This document shows positions 14,090-27,325 of a DNA stretch of 64,000 nucleotides, piece by piece. The notes beneath the pieces were generated by a model, which was not told the origin of the DNA, searched no databases, and worked only from the letters and a program-made list of their open reading frames with translations. Numbering within the stretch: position 1 is the first letter of the stretch; each line of letters opens with the position of its first letter. The translations under genes were made by a program, and so were the position numbers. The DNA comes from Octopus sinensis (Eukaryota), in NCBI RefSeq assembly GCF_006345805.1, contig NC_043001.1, positions 70,742,001 through 70,806,000 on the forward strand, given 5' to 3'.

Positions 14090-14460
14090 ATTAAGAAGCT
14101 TCTGTATCTATGTGATTTCGGGTTCAGTCCCAGTACGTGTCAGCTTGAGCAAGTGTCTTCAACTTCTGGTTGACCAATGCCTTGTGAGCAAATTTGTTTG
14201 ACGGAAACTGTGTGGACGACCGTAGCATATAAATGTGTGTTTACGACAGGTGTGCCTTTCTATTTCTGTTTGCCCCACCACCGCATGACAATCGATGTTT
14301 GTTTGTTTACGTCGAAGTGACCTGGTTGCAGAGCAAAAGTATCCGATACAATAACCTTAAAGCTAAGAAAGTACTGGGGCGATTTATTCGAACAATTCTT
14401 CAGGGCGGCACCCCAGTATGACCGCAGTTGAATGACTAAAACAAGTGAAAAGGATATAAA
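14090..14460 (+). mobile_element. Diverged family A SINE
   Basis: GGGTTCAGTCCC..GAGCAAGTGTCTT..GACGGAAACTG..GACTAAAACAAG match family A. Confidence 0.7.
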
Positions 14461-15144
14461 AACACAAATGTTAATGTATGAGTGTATGTGTGTGTAAGTG
14501 TGTGTGAGAGCGGGTATTGTGTTGTATAGATAGATATAAAATGAGACTAAAGAATGCAGATGAAAACACCTAAAGCTAAGCAAAAACGATAACAACACAA
14601 CAAGAACATCAACAACAACAACCAGTATAATGTCTAATTTTCCTAAAAAAGCAAGCATCTGACTAGATTTATCACATATAAATATCGTATATTGTGCCAC
14701 TGTTTCAGTATTATCTGAATACACAGGAATATAAAATGAGAATTTTTTAAAGAAGAAAGCAACATCCCCGACTGGGAATCAAGAAACGAGAAAGATATAA
14801 AGCGATGGTGGAAATATAAGTGAATTATACGACCACACAACGAATTATTCCCTCTAAAACATAAAGCAAATAAAAAAGAATAGAAATATTAGAAAAATCA
14901 CGACATAGAATAACTAAACTAACGTAAACAGTCAAACGTGAGAAAGCAAATACAGAAATAACAAATAAATGTATTAACGAAAGGGAAAAATACTGATGTG
15001 TTGGTAACAGTGGAGAAAGTTCAAACGAAAGAAAATCTATTCTTGTATAAACAAGCAATTTCATTGTGATATACATCAAAAGAATATATATACATACATA
15101 CGTACATACATATGTATATATATATATATTATATATATATATAT

Positions 15145-15176
<32 letters not shown>

Positions 15177-15815
15177 ATATGTATATGTATGTATGTGTGT
15201 ATGCATATGCATATTTGTATGCGTGTATATGCAGGTATACATATATATATATATATATATATATATCATTAAGTCACCAGCATATATAAAGAAATAGTAA
15301 TGCAATGTAAAACTTCAAAGTAGAAGGCGGTAAAAGTTAAAACAATATGCAGTCAAGCATATTTCAAACAGCTCTATACAGTGAAAAACCTAACGAGTAA
15401 TTCTTAAGCACAAAACATCAACGACGTGTAACAAACGGAAAAGTCGGTTGAAAAATAATAATGCTAAAAGGAAACCTAACGAACTAGAAAACTGACCGTA
15501 TAGTTGTACTTACATATATATATACTAAGCAAATATTACATTACACAGAGATACAAATATCTACATCTATAATTATATACACATTTAAAGCGCACATACA
15601 CATTGGTATCTTTATTTCTTTTATAATAGTATTCTATATTGGAGACTGTCAAATAATAGTATCCGACTTCATTCCACTCAATAAAAAACAGACTAGAGAA
15701 TATGCGTGTTAAAATGTGTTTTATATGTCCGTCATAATTCTTAATTCTTCCACAATGTAATTTACTTTCGGCACAATGTCTCAGAAAATCAAACGACTTT
15801 TCAATTCAATTACGA

Positions 15816-15817
<2 letters not shown>

Positions 15818-15858
<41 letters not shown>

Positions 15859-15957
15859 TATATATATATGTATATTATATATATATAATATAATATATAT
15901 ATATATATAATATATATGTATATATATATATCTATATATATATATATATAATATATG

Positions 15958-15993
<36 letters not shown>

Positions 15994-16042
15994 ATATATA
16001 TATATATGTTATATATATAATTATATATATATATATATATGT

Positions 16043-16101
<59 letters not shown>

Positions 16102-16103
16102 TG

Positions 16104-16153
<50 letters not shown>

Positions 16154-16156
16154 TGT

Positions 16157-16238
<82 letters not shown>

Positions 16239-16290
16239 TATATATAATATATATATATATATTATATATATATATATTATATATATATAT

Positions 16291-16365
<75 letters not shown>

Positions 16366-16372
16366 GTATATG

Positions 16373-16403
<31 letters not shown>

Positions 16404-16450
16404 ATAATAATATATATATATATTATATATATATGTATATATATATATAG
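15818..16450. repeat. Long interrupted (TA)n microsatellite, ~630 bp
   Basis: Directly visible. Confidence 0.95.
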
Positions 16451-17157
16451 GTAAATACATACATTAGTTATATATTTCCATTCTTGAATATATAAACGAA
16501 AATACAGCATAGAAAGAAATTACTTCTTTTTGTAAATCCTGGGATAATCACTTCACACTTAAATAACTGTGAAAATATCAGGTTTGATTTCGATGCCATA
16601 AATAGTAATTATAGTTTTTTAACACCAAGTATTTAGATCACTTTTCGTATTGTAGGTTTTCTCAACACAAATTATATATATATATGATCATACCATACTT
16701 GTGAGAAAATAGAAATAATATATTGTCATGAAATATTTGTATTTTGTCATTGCATACCGACCATGCAGACTCATTAGCTTCAATGGTTGTGTCGATGAAA
16801 TTGCTTTTGTCGTGATACTGACTTTTTCTATTATTTCTTTTTTAATTATTTCAGCCAGTTCAGTTTTTAAATCTGCGCGTTGACTGCTTGCAAACGATCC
16901 CGTACGATTGCCAAATAGTAACAAAACAAGCACACGCTTGCACACACACACACACACACACACACACCACAAACACATTCGTAGCGGATTTTCAGAAAAT
17001 ACCGTCGGTCGGCCCGGAGTTATGGTAAACAACAATTGTCGCAGGTGCTGCACTATGGGGCTGAACCACATGGTTCTTCCAAACCACAGGTATGTTACAT
17101 TTCCCAAGATTCATGCATATTCTTGTGTGATTGTGCGTATGTGTCTGAGTGTCTGTG

Positions 17158-17200
<43 letters not shown>

Positions 17201-17249
17201 ACATATATGTATATATATATACATATATATATATACATACACACACACA

Positions 17250-17315
<66 letters not shown>

Positions 17316-17384
17316 TACATATATACATATATATATACACACGTATCAAGTTACAAGACTTAATACCTCTAAGGGATAATTAAA

Positions 17385-18720
17385 TCCAGAGGCGCTCTTG
17401 GCTATTAGCTGGGTAGGTACAGTCTTTTGAAAGATTGCACGGTAGGAATTGGTTCGGTTGGTAAACCGGAGTTTAGGTTGCATAAGAGAAGAAAATGGAT
17501 ATAATAACAATGAAAAACTCATGATTTACTCTGGCCTCTCTTTAATTAAATAGGTAACAAGGAAGTAAGAAGCAGAGATGATGCTGGCATTTACGATCGT
17601 TTCGATTTACTGGTGTAAGTAAATCTTTTCAGAATGCGAATATGGATAAATGTATCGGTTAGGATGCGAAAATGATTGATACATTTGTGATGGTAATGTA
17701 AACAAAGTGTAATTCTTATATTGAAATTTGCTGGGTCGAGGTTTGCTTGTGGTAGGTTGGTTAGTTTCGTTGGATAATTAGGGCGGGGTGAGTATTATTT
17801 AGGTGCGGACTACGTCGTTTAATTAAGCACATTTTTTCTCATGTGTTCATCTCGTATTTTTGATTTTGACACCGGCGGTGTAAGTGAAGGGGGTAACTCT
17901 AGCAGGGTGAAAAGGGTGCTAACTACTGGATGGTTTGAAAATGTGTTACGTCTAATAATTGTTTTATTACTAGATTTTAGACATTTTTTAATGATATGCG
18001 GGGCCCTAAAAATTTGCAAGGTTTATTATTATGGAATGTTTGGGGCGCGTGGGTATGCAGTGTGACTATTCGTGTGTTTCATGTGTTACTCTGTTCATTA
18101 GACTTATATAGATGAGTATTCTAGTTTGGGATTATGAAGGTATAGAGGGCTGCATGAGGTCAATAGAGGCTATTCTACCGGTATTTCGAAAATACAAACT
18201 GGCCCACATGGAGAGAAAAAATTTTGTTATTAAATTTCCTGTTGACAAGATTTTGTTTAGCCCTGAGTATAGCTAGGCGTTCTGATAGGTAGAGATCACA
18301 GCGTCTATTTGCGGTGTTGTAGAAGGTTGTTTTTGTGAGTATACACCAGTTCAAGCTAAAATTTATTTATTTATCCTTAAGTTCCCAAATGTATGCACTA
18401 AGTCCTGGTGATTTTGCCTTATTCCTCTTTCTGAGGCTGGATAGATGCGTATTATATCTGAGAATCATTTGGTTCTTAGTTGTACCTATGTAAGATTTCG
18501 CCTGGTTGTCAGTGCGGACGCCACATTGGTAAACTACGTTATTTATGCGGCTGTAGGGATAGAACAAAGTGACACTTCTCAAATAGATGTAAGACAAATA
18601 ACGTAACACAAGACGTAATGGGTCAATACCCTAGAGCTCTCATCTTTGGTATTGTTAGGATTGAAGGTGGTGTGAGAGAGAAAGCGCAAGGGAATCGGAA
18701 ATATTGCAAACTAGGAATAC
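17385..18720 (-). mobile_element. Penelope-like element remnant (GIY-YIG end, then probable pLTR and start of a following copy)
   Basis: ORF 18367-18609: VVYQCGVRTDNQAKSYIGTTKNQMILRYNTHLSSLRK..SPGLSAYIWELKDK, a PLE GIY-YIG domain. Identity of the part below 18060 and the boundaries are inferred. Confidence 0.75.
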
Positions 18721-19018
18721 CTAAGGGGTAAACACGGGCATTGAGAATTCATGGGAGTTTGGTAACATTAAGATGAAAATGAAAGTAGAGTAGAGCGTTG
18801 AACATATATTGACTCATAGAATTTAATAGATCGATAATGACATCATCACTGGATAGCATAGTGACAGCATCGCTAGGTAACATATATCACCAACAGACTT
18901 ATAAAAGACAGTGTAATTAATTAACATATTTAGAGAAGTAGCTAATTAACATTTATGTATATGTATATATCAGCATGAGCTAGTTAACACAGAGAGACAC
19001 ATACAGATATAAACGCAT

Positions 19019-19056
<38 letters not shown>

Positions 19057-19102
19057 GCACACATGTTTATACGTGTATATATCCAACCCCTTTTCTCTCT
19101 CT

Positions 19103-19145
<43 letters not shown>

Positions 19146-19179
19146 AGTTAAATTCAGTGTGTTTAGAGTAGTAGTAGTT

Positions 19180-19216
<37 letters not shown>

Positions 19217-19222
19217 TAGTAA

Positions 19223-19265
<43 letters not shown>

Positions 19266-19499
19266 TGCACCACCACCACCAGCGGCAGCTGCAGACATAT
19301 GAAAGTAAATTTGGGAAATAAACTATTGTATCAGTGCAAGTATATTTCTGACAAATTTGATTTTAAATTACCATCTACACTCTAGTTTGCCGTGGGGAAA
19401 AATATTTATTACAGGCAACTATTGTTAAAGCAGCAACAGTCATTTCCCGGAGTTTTGTACATTAACCGCTCATTGATAGCTCAATCTTATATTCATATA

Positions 19500-19900
19500 C
19501 AGGCAGCGAGCGGCAGAAACTTTAGTACGCCGGGGGAAATGCTTAGCGGCATTTCGTCCGCCGTTACGTTCTGACTTCAAATTCCGCTAAGGTCGACTTT
19601 GCCTTTCATCCTTTCGGGGTCGATTAAATACGTACCAGTCACGCACTGGGGTCGATATAATCAGTTTTATCCGTTTGTCTGTCCTTGTTTGTCCTCTCTG
19701 TGTTTAGCCCCTTGTGGGTAGTAAAGAAATATGTATTTCGTCTGTCTTTATGTTCTGAGTTCAAATTCCGCTGAGATCTACTTTGCCTTTCGTCCATTTA
19801 GGGGTCGATAAATTAAGTACCATTTGCTTACTGGGGTCGATCTAATCCATTGGCCCCTTCTCCTAAAACTTTTGGGTGTTGTTGCAAGAGTAGAAAAGAA
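19500..19900 (+). mobile_element. Compound family C SINE: copy with an alternative Tx1-like tail (to 19731) joined to the rest of a second family C copy
   Basis: Head and body as at 11158. Tail TTTGTCTGTCCTTGTTTGTCC..GAAATA, then the sequence restarts mid-head at GTATTTCGTCTGTC and runs to the ordinary tail. Confidence 0.8.
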
Positions 19901-20324
19901 TTGTATATTCGTATGTGTTACTCCCAACAAATTAGTTTTTATTTTATGTTTTCGAAAATGTTTAAAAACTTGTATCTGCTTTTAGCATTTCATTTCTGAG
20001 AAAGCCACAACACCTCTAAACGGCTACTGTCATACATAGCAACACTTGATATTTATAGTCACAATGTCTTCAATTAAGGTGGAGCTATCATCTGTGTTAA
20101 GAACTAATGAAATAAAGTGACTATTATTAGGTGATATAGAAGAACATAACCATTCATGAGATGGATAATAATAGAGTCCACTCGGGGATATATAGTGACA
20201 TTACATTTGGATAACACATTACGGAGATATTCTTGTATCGAGAGAGAAGAAATCCAGTCTATTAAACTTTAAACAATGAATGAAGTCTAGGCCTTTTATT
20301 ACTATTATTGCCGGTGTTCATTTT

Positions 20325-20645
20325 AAGGCGGCTAACTGACACAATCGTTAGGACGCATTCTGAATTCAAAGATGAAAAACTTAGTAGTTGAACACTGGAG
20401 GTCGATGTAATCGTCTCACCTTTCCCCTAAATTGCTGGCTTTGTGCCACGATTTGAAAATAGTAAAATGTAGAGATGTTTTAGCGGCGTTTCGTCCATCT
20501 TTACATTCTGAGTGCTAATTTCGCCGAGGTTGACTTTGGTTTTCGTCCTTTCGTGGTCGATTGAAAGAGTACCGGTTGAACAGTCGATGTAATCGATTAA
20601 CCCCTCCCCTGAAGCTGCTGGCCCTGTGCCTAAATTTGAAATCAC
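20325..20645 (+). mobile_element. Two adjacent diverged family C SINE copies
   Basis: Two GTCGATGTAATCG..GCTGGC..TTTGAAA tails at about 20400-20460 and 20585-20645. Confidence 0.7.
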
Positions 20646-21447
20646 CAAATTTGTTGTTGTTCTTGTTCCCGCTACTATGGTCGCTGCTCATATTGTGCAG
20701 TTTCAGGTCATAATGAAGCCCACAATAACAGCAACGAAATGTGTTTGAACCTTGATTAAATGCGCTTTCATAAGTCACGGAATATTTTGGACAATAAATT
20801 CTCACGTGTACTTTTCTAAAGATTTCTTTCCAAAGATAGGATGAAGATTTTGTGGCTATTTCTAGCAACTGAATAATAGTATAGTGTCTCTCACATTGGC
20901 TTGTAATGCTATATAAATGCTATTTTGCGGTGGACATTTTATTTTACCTTTTGTATGAAAAATTACGTGCTTCAGTTCACTTTTCATTTTCAAACTGAAA
21001 TTATAAAAGATATCGAAAGAAAACTCTTTCTCTATTGATTCAAATTAGCTATCGTTTCTAATTGTTTAATTTCTTTCGAGCATATAATTAGCAATACAAC
21101 TGTAATGATGATTCATTATTTGAGAAATATTACGAAAGACATGAATATATTAAACATGATAATTAAGCCTATACTATTCATGTTAATTAATTTAAATGAT
21201 TGTTGTAATTACACAGCAAGTTATTCGTTTTTGAAACAATGGTTATATAACGAAAAATGATTTACACAACATAGTTTATCAGTTTATAAAATTTATTCCC
21301 GAAATGACGATTTGATTCTTCTCACTCATATTTTATCACTGCATACCCTTCTCTTTTTCTCCCAATTAATGTTTATCTTCCTACATACATATATACGTAT
21401 ATATGTATATGCATATATACATATATATGTGTATATATATATATAAG

Positions 21448-21748
21448 TGAGGGCGCGTGGCTTAGTGGTTAGGGGCATTCGGCTCATGATCGTAAGGTCG
21501 TAAGTTCAATTGAGCAAGACACTTTATTTCACATTACTCTAGTCCACTCAGCTGGCAAAAATGAGTTGTACCTGTATTTCAAAGATCCAGCATTGTCACA
21601 CATTGTGTCACGCTGAATCTCCCCGATAACTACGTCATGGGTACACGTCTTTGTGTAGTGCTCAGCCACTTACCCGTTAATTTCACGAGCAAGCTGTTCG
21701 TTTGATTGAATCAGTTTGGATCCTCGTCGTCGCAACCGACGGAATGAT

Positions 21749-21750
<2 letters not shown>
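21448..21750 (+). mobile_element. tRNA-headed SINE, family B (GAGGGCGCGTGGCTTAGTGGTTAGGG head), short deletion after the B box
   Basis: Reverse-complement homologue of 23050-23375. Confidence 0.85.
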
Positions 21751-21825
<75 letters not shown>

Positions 21826-22214
21826 CATGCATATTATATATTTGGGATCCTCGTCGTCGCAACCGACGGAATGATCCTATATATATATATATATATATAA
21901 TATATATATATACATGCATATCATATATGTATATATACATGCATACACATACCATTGTATCGACCGCTTGTCACTATGCACTTACTGGCTTACTTATAAC
22001 TGTCGATTGATGCCAACAACCTGGCTAAACCAACTGGCTAACATTGGTCTTGAACGGAACTTGAAGCAGAAATGCGCATTTAATGTTAAGTGGACTGGGA
22101 GAACGTTAACTTAAGTGATTTGCTCAAGAACAGAACGTACCACCGATTTGAGAATTGTAACAACTATTGTGCGTTCGTCAGTGCAATATCCTAAGTTGTA
22201 GGCCTTATATCTTA

Positions 22215-22710
22215 TTATAATGGGCGTTATGGCGGTCTGTTGTCCGTCTATCCGTCTGTCTGTCTGTCTTTCTGCATGTCTGTCGGTCTGTCTGTTCCCT
22301 CTTCACGGTCAAACTGCTAGACTAATCACCAAGATGTTTTCGGGATTACGAAGAAGAAAATGAGGAATGTTTCTAAGCGAAAAATCTGAAAAAGTATGAT
22401 TATCTAGTAAATATTGAGTTTTGTATTAATAAATCACTTTTGATTTTTTTTGTTAAAATTCCGGCGTCGGGGGTTAACTCTGAATTCTCCCGCCCCCGCA
22501 TAGGTCGTGAATTTAGAGGGTTTACATTTGCGAGACTATCACTTTATTTCCCGTTGTAGATGGGGAGATTTGATATCTTACAATATTGGGCGTTATGTCC
22601 GTCTGGCTGTCTGTCCGTCCGTCTCTTTGTTTGTTGCATCTTTACGACCAGAGCAGTGTTACGATTTTTTCGGGATTACAAAGACGGTCGTCAGGAAGAG
22701 ATTTTGAAAC
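22215..22710 (+). mobile_element. Two diverged HINE/Helentron-like non-autonomous fragments with (GTCT/GTCC)n
   Basis: TGGGCGTTATG..(GTCT/GTCC)n..TTTTCGGGATTAC occurs twice (about 22220 and 22587). GTCY arrays are characteristic of DINE-1/HINE elements. Confidence 0.4.
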
Positions 22711-23015
22711 AAAAACACTGAGAGCATTATTATTTTGTGGATATCAATTTTTGAATTGATAAACGAGTAACTCTAGATTTTCAAACACATCGCGAACACA
22801 TGTCATATGGCTGCAATAGAATGTTGTATCACCAACAATAATATGCTTTCTCTAGGACATCACCCAGTAATCTATCAAGTCCATATATAGAAGAAAAATG
22901 ACTACCTAAATACTGCCGATAAATGTTAATATAATTGTGTGTGTGTGTGTTTGTGTATGTATGTATGTATGTATGTATGTATGTATGTATGTATGTATGT
23001 ATGTATGTATGTATG

Positions 23016-23049
<34 letters not shown>

Positions 23050-23051
<2 letters not shown>

Positions 23052-23375
23052 AAAAGACTCCGCCGGTTACGACGACGAGGGTCCCAGCTGATACGATCAA
23101 CGGAACAGCTTGCTCGTGAAATTAACGTGCAAATGGCTGAGCATTCCACAGACACGTGTACCCTTAACGTAGTTCTCGGGGATAATCAGCGTGACACAGA
23201 GAGTGACAAGGCTGACCCTTTGAAATACAAGTACAACTCATTTTTGCCAGCTGAGTGGACTGGAGCAACGTGAAATAAAGTGTCTTGCTCAAGAACACAA
23301 CGCGTCGCCGGGAATCGAACTCATAACCTTACGATCATGAGCCGAATGCCCTAACCACTAAGCCACGCGCCCTCA
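23050..23375 (-). mobile_element. Family B SINE, near full length
   Basis: Reverse complement begins GAGGGCGCGTGGCTTAGTGGTTAGGGCATTCGGCTCATGATCGTAAGG..GAGTTCGATTCCC. Confidence 0.9.
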
Positions 23376-24216
23376 CTATATATATGTATATATATGTATA
23401 CAATACAGTATATATTATATATATACACAAATGCATTATATAATATAGTTAGTATTCGTTACTAAACACAACGTCCTATATATTTATCCCATTTATATTT
23501 ATGTGTCGTCAACATTTGAGCCCATTTGAGCGAAAGAAGTATATTCTTTGTTTATATATAACGTGCATCGAAGGAAGCTGGTATGTAAAATAACAATATA
23601 ATGTCAATGTTATTTATGTTTGAGGAATGGGAATGTATATGTGTGTGTGTGTGTGTGCACGCGTGTGTGTGTATACAACTGTGTCCCACTAATGTTTCAT
23701 CATAAAGATAGATATTTTTCAATGAAGATTGAAAATTTCTATAAATATACTGCATATCCACTAGGTTCCGATCATATGTGAATTTGTTATAAACAAAAAA
23801 AAAAACATGTTTTGAGGGTGCGTGGAGAGAGGAGATTCAGAAACTTCACACGGATCAGCCTTCTTTCCTCACGACATTCGTAAAGATGGATATTTTCTAA
23901 TGAAGATTTGGACAAATGCGTTTTCGAATGTCTAGAGTAAGATTATAACAGAATTTCATATGGAAATAAGCACTGGTGGGATAGCACACTACATACCAAA
24001 AGTATCACATCTGTTTCCTTTCACAAAATTTATTTCACAACATATACCGATATAATCACACTCTATACGATCTGAAAATTTCATAATTGCATATCCATGT
24101 TTCTGAAACTTATGAAGAAAGAAATTCTGTGGGGCACGGTTATTTACATTTGAGACATATTGGGACACTATTTCTATAAGGTCTAACTACCATGTAGAGG
24201 ACTTTCGTGTTGGCTC

Positions 24217-24281
<65 letters not shown>

Positions 24282-24849
24282 CAAGGATAAAGCAACAGGT
24301 ATACATACTCAAATGTGTCCTACCTATTTTGTATCGTCTTAACTTCCGGATAAAAAGGAAATTTTCGATGAAAATTCTTACGAATATGCATCAGATGATG
24401 TAGCTCCTAGGTCTGAACTTCTTAAAAAGGTGCAAAGAGAGGAGATTCCGAAAATTCATACGGGCCGACTTTATTTCCTCAAAACTCTCTCAAAAATGGA
24501 TATATTTAAATGAAGATTTTGGAAAATACGGAGTGTGTAGATTACGATTATATCGGAATGTAATATGGAAATAAAAATTGACGAGATAGCATACATGCAT
24601 GCTGACCGGTTTTTTTTTTTTGTCAAAAAATTTATACTCACAACAAATTACAACGTAATCCGGATGTACACTATATCTACACATTCTGAAGTGTATTTGT
24701 AAAAAAAAAATCATTAAAAATATCCATGTCTCTCAGTTCTGAGAAAAGAAATTCTTTTCGGACACAACTCCGGACGGTTAATGTATATAATTGCGCATTG
24801 GTTACAGAAAGTCTGTAGTAAATAGCATTAGTATATATGTATGTATATA

Positions 24850-25044
24850 TTCTTTTATTCTTTTATATGTTTCAGTCATTTGACTGTGGTCATACTGGAT
24901 CACTTCTTTAGTAGAAGAAATAGACCCCAGGACTTATTATTTGCAAGCCTAGTACTTATTCTATGGGTCTCTTTTACCGATGCACTAAGTTACGGGGACG
25001 TAAACATGCCAGCATCAGTAGTCAAGCGATGGTTAAAAACACAG

Positions 25045-25077
<33 letters not shown>

Positions 25078-25240
25078 TATATATATAGAGAGAGACGGCA
25101 GTCTTCTTTCCTTTTCCGTCTACTAAATTCACTCATAATGCTTTGGTCGGCCCGTGGCTATACTAGAAGATACCTTCCCAAAGTGCCTCGTGGTGGGACT
25201 GAACCCGGAAGCTACTTACTACACAGCCACTCCAACCCCT
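24850..25240 (-). mobile_element. Family A SINE
   Basis: Homologous to 590-1064. Confidence 0.8.
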
Positions 25241-25266
25241 ATGTATATAGGTGCATATATATGTGC

Positions 25267-25298
<32 letters not shown>

Positions 25299-25330
25299 TC
25301 ATATATACATATATATACTTATATGTATAC

Positions 25331-25412
<82 letters not shown>

Positions 25413-25708
25413 CTTTATATTTAGTAAAATGGCTTATTCACAATTACAATAGAAAGGCAGATACACTGATGTTACTGAAGTGCTACAATGGAGAGACAAA
25501 ACAACTCAGCTACAGAAAACATAAGTGCTTTCAGCGTCTGAGTTGTTTTGACACTCATTTCTAGCAAAAGTGTTGTTGACTAGTGTCCTAATGACTTTGG
25601 TGACGTATCCTCACTCTCTCTCTCTTTCTTTCTCTCTCTCCCTTTCTCTCTCTCTCTCTCTCTCTCGACATATATATATATATATATATACATACATGTA
25701 AGTGTACA

Positions 25709-25753
<45 letters not shown>

Positions 25754-25803
25754 CAGTACACATAAATCTATCCATTTCTAAATACAAAAAACTTTACATA
25801 TAT

Positions 25804-25836
<33 letters not shown>

Positions 25837-27221
25837 GTAAATATATATATATATATAGTGTTATATAAACGTATAGAATCCATACACATGCATACATATA
25901 TGTATTATGTACGTATGTATGTTCCATATACAATATTCACGTTGCAAATTATTTATGTGTTTTGATTCTGTTATTATTGTTTTTTGATTTAAAAGATATT
26001 TGCATAGATCATCTTTTGGCAATTAGCAAACATACACTCTAAGCTGAAATTTTTTATATTTCTTTTGTTTATTCTCGGGCAAGATTTCATCATGTCGAAG
26101 TAGCTGTATAAGCATGCTCATGTACAATACCGTTTATGCCACACACATACTATATCATGACAGCTCAGAGATATATGTAGACATGCAAATGAACAAATCA
26201 CCCAATAGGCACCACACGCACACACACACACACATACACACTGATAAACATACAACAGACGTAGTATCATGAAAATATACATGCATTATAGCCGTACACA
26301 TAAAATACAATGATTTTAAATCAGAAACCAGTCGGTGATTGACGCGCTGATGACAAGAGTAGACATATGCGCCAGCGTAACAAAGGATATCGAGATGAGG
26401 TGATATTCAGTGCTTGAGTTGCTTAGTTGTAGAAAAAAATCTATATTGGACTGTACACCTCAGATATACTGATATGCATCACGTCATGCCAATGAAAGTT
26501 ATTGTTATATCGTTCCTGCTAGCATTACACCAACGCATACACATACATATATATAAACACATATGTGTTTGTATGTGGGAGCGTGTGTAAGTGTGTGTGT
26601 CTCTGTGTGTACGCACACGTGTGCGTGTGTGCGTATGTATGTGTGTACTTGTATAAATATACGTGTGTGTGTATAAATTAGTACGAGTCCTCAGAAATCC
26701 CAGATTCGTTTTCGGAGACCATCAAGTGCGGGGCACTCCTTAGCTTTGGCTAAAAATGTCTCTATAAGGTCGTTCTGATATAGAACCAGACATACGGGGA
26801 ATAGCATTGAAAACTTTGGGAATCGTTTGCTTGTGCTCGACTACATGGGACTCCTACATTTCTGAGCCTGCAACTCATACTGGCACATGGATATTTTGTC
26901 TTGGCTTGGATCTTCTCCACCACACTGATATGATCTCTTGATCATATCAGTGGCGAGGAGAGGATCTGTGCGGGTTTTATGCAAGCATTATTGGACCTAA
27001 ACATTTAGGTTGTGCAATCATCGGTGAGACGAATACCCGATGATACCCGGTCGAGTTGGGGGTTGCCTCGGTGAGCCTAAAAGCCGTACACGCAAATCCG
27101 AGTGAAGCTGACTCCAGGTGCAATAACCTAGCGTACAGGTATTGCTAGCATTTTGCTGGGCAATGAGTAGTGGTGATCTTCCTCGGTCACGAGTGAACAG
27201 GCATCATATCATATTATATAA

Positions 27222-27252
<31 letters not shown>

Positions 27253-27267
27253 ATATATATTATATAT

Positions 27268-27320
<53 letters not shown>

Positions 27321-27325
<5 letters not shown>

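Noticed and set aside
21448-21520. tRNA gene
   Set aside because: The tRNA-like head runs into a SINE body and lacks a complete cloverleaf; the same applies to the other SINE heads.
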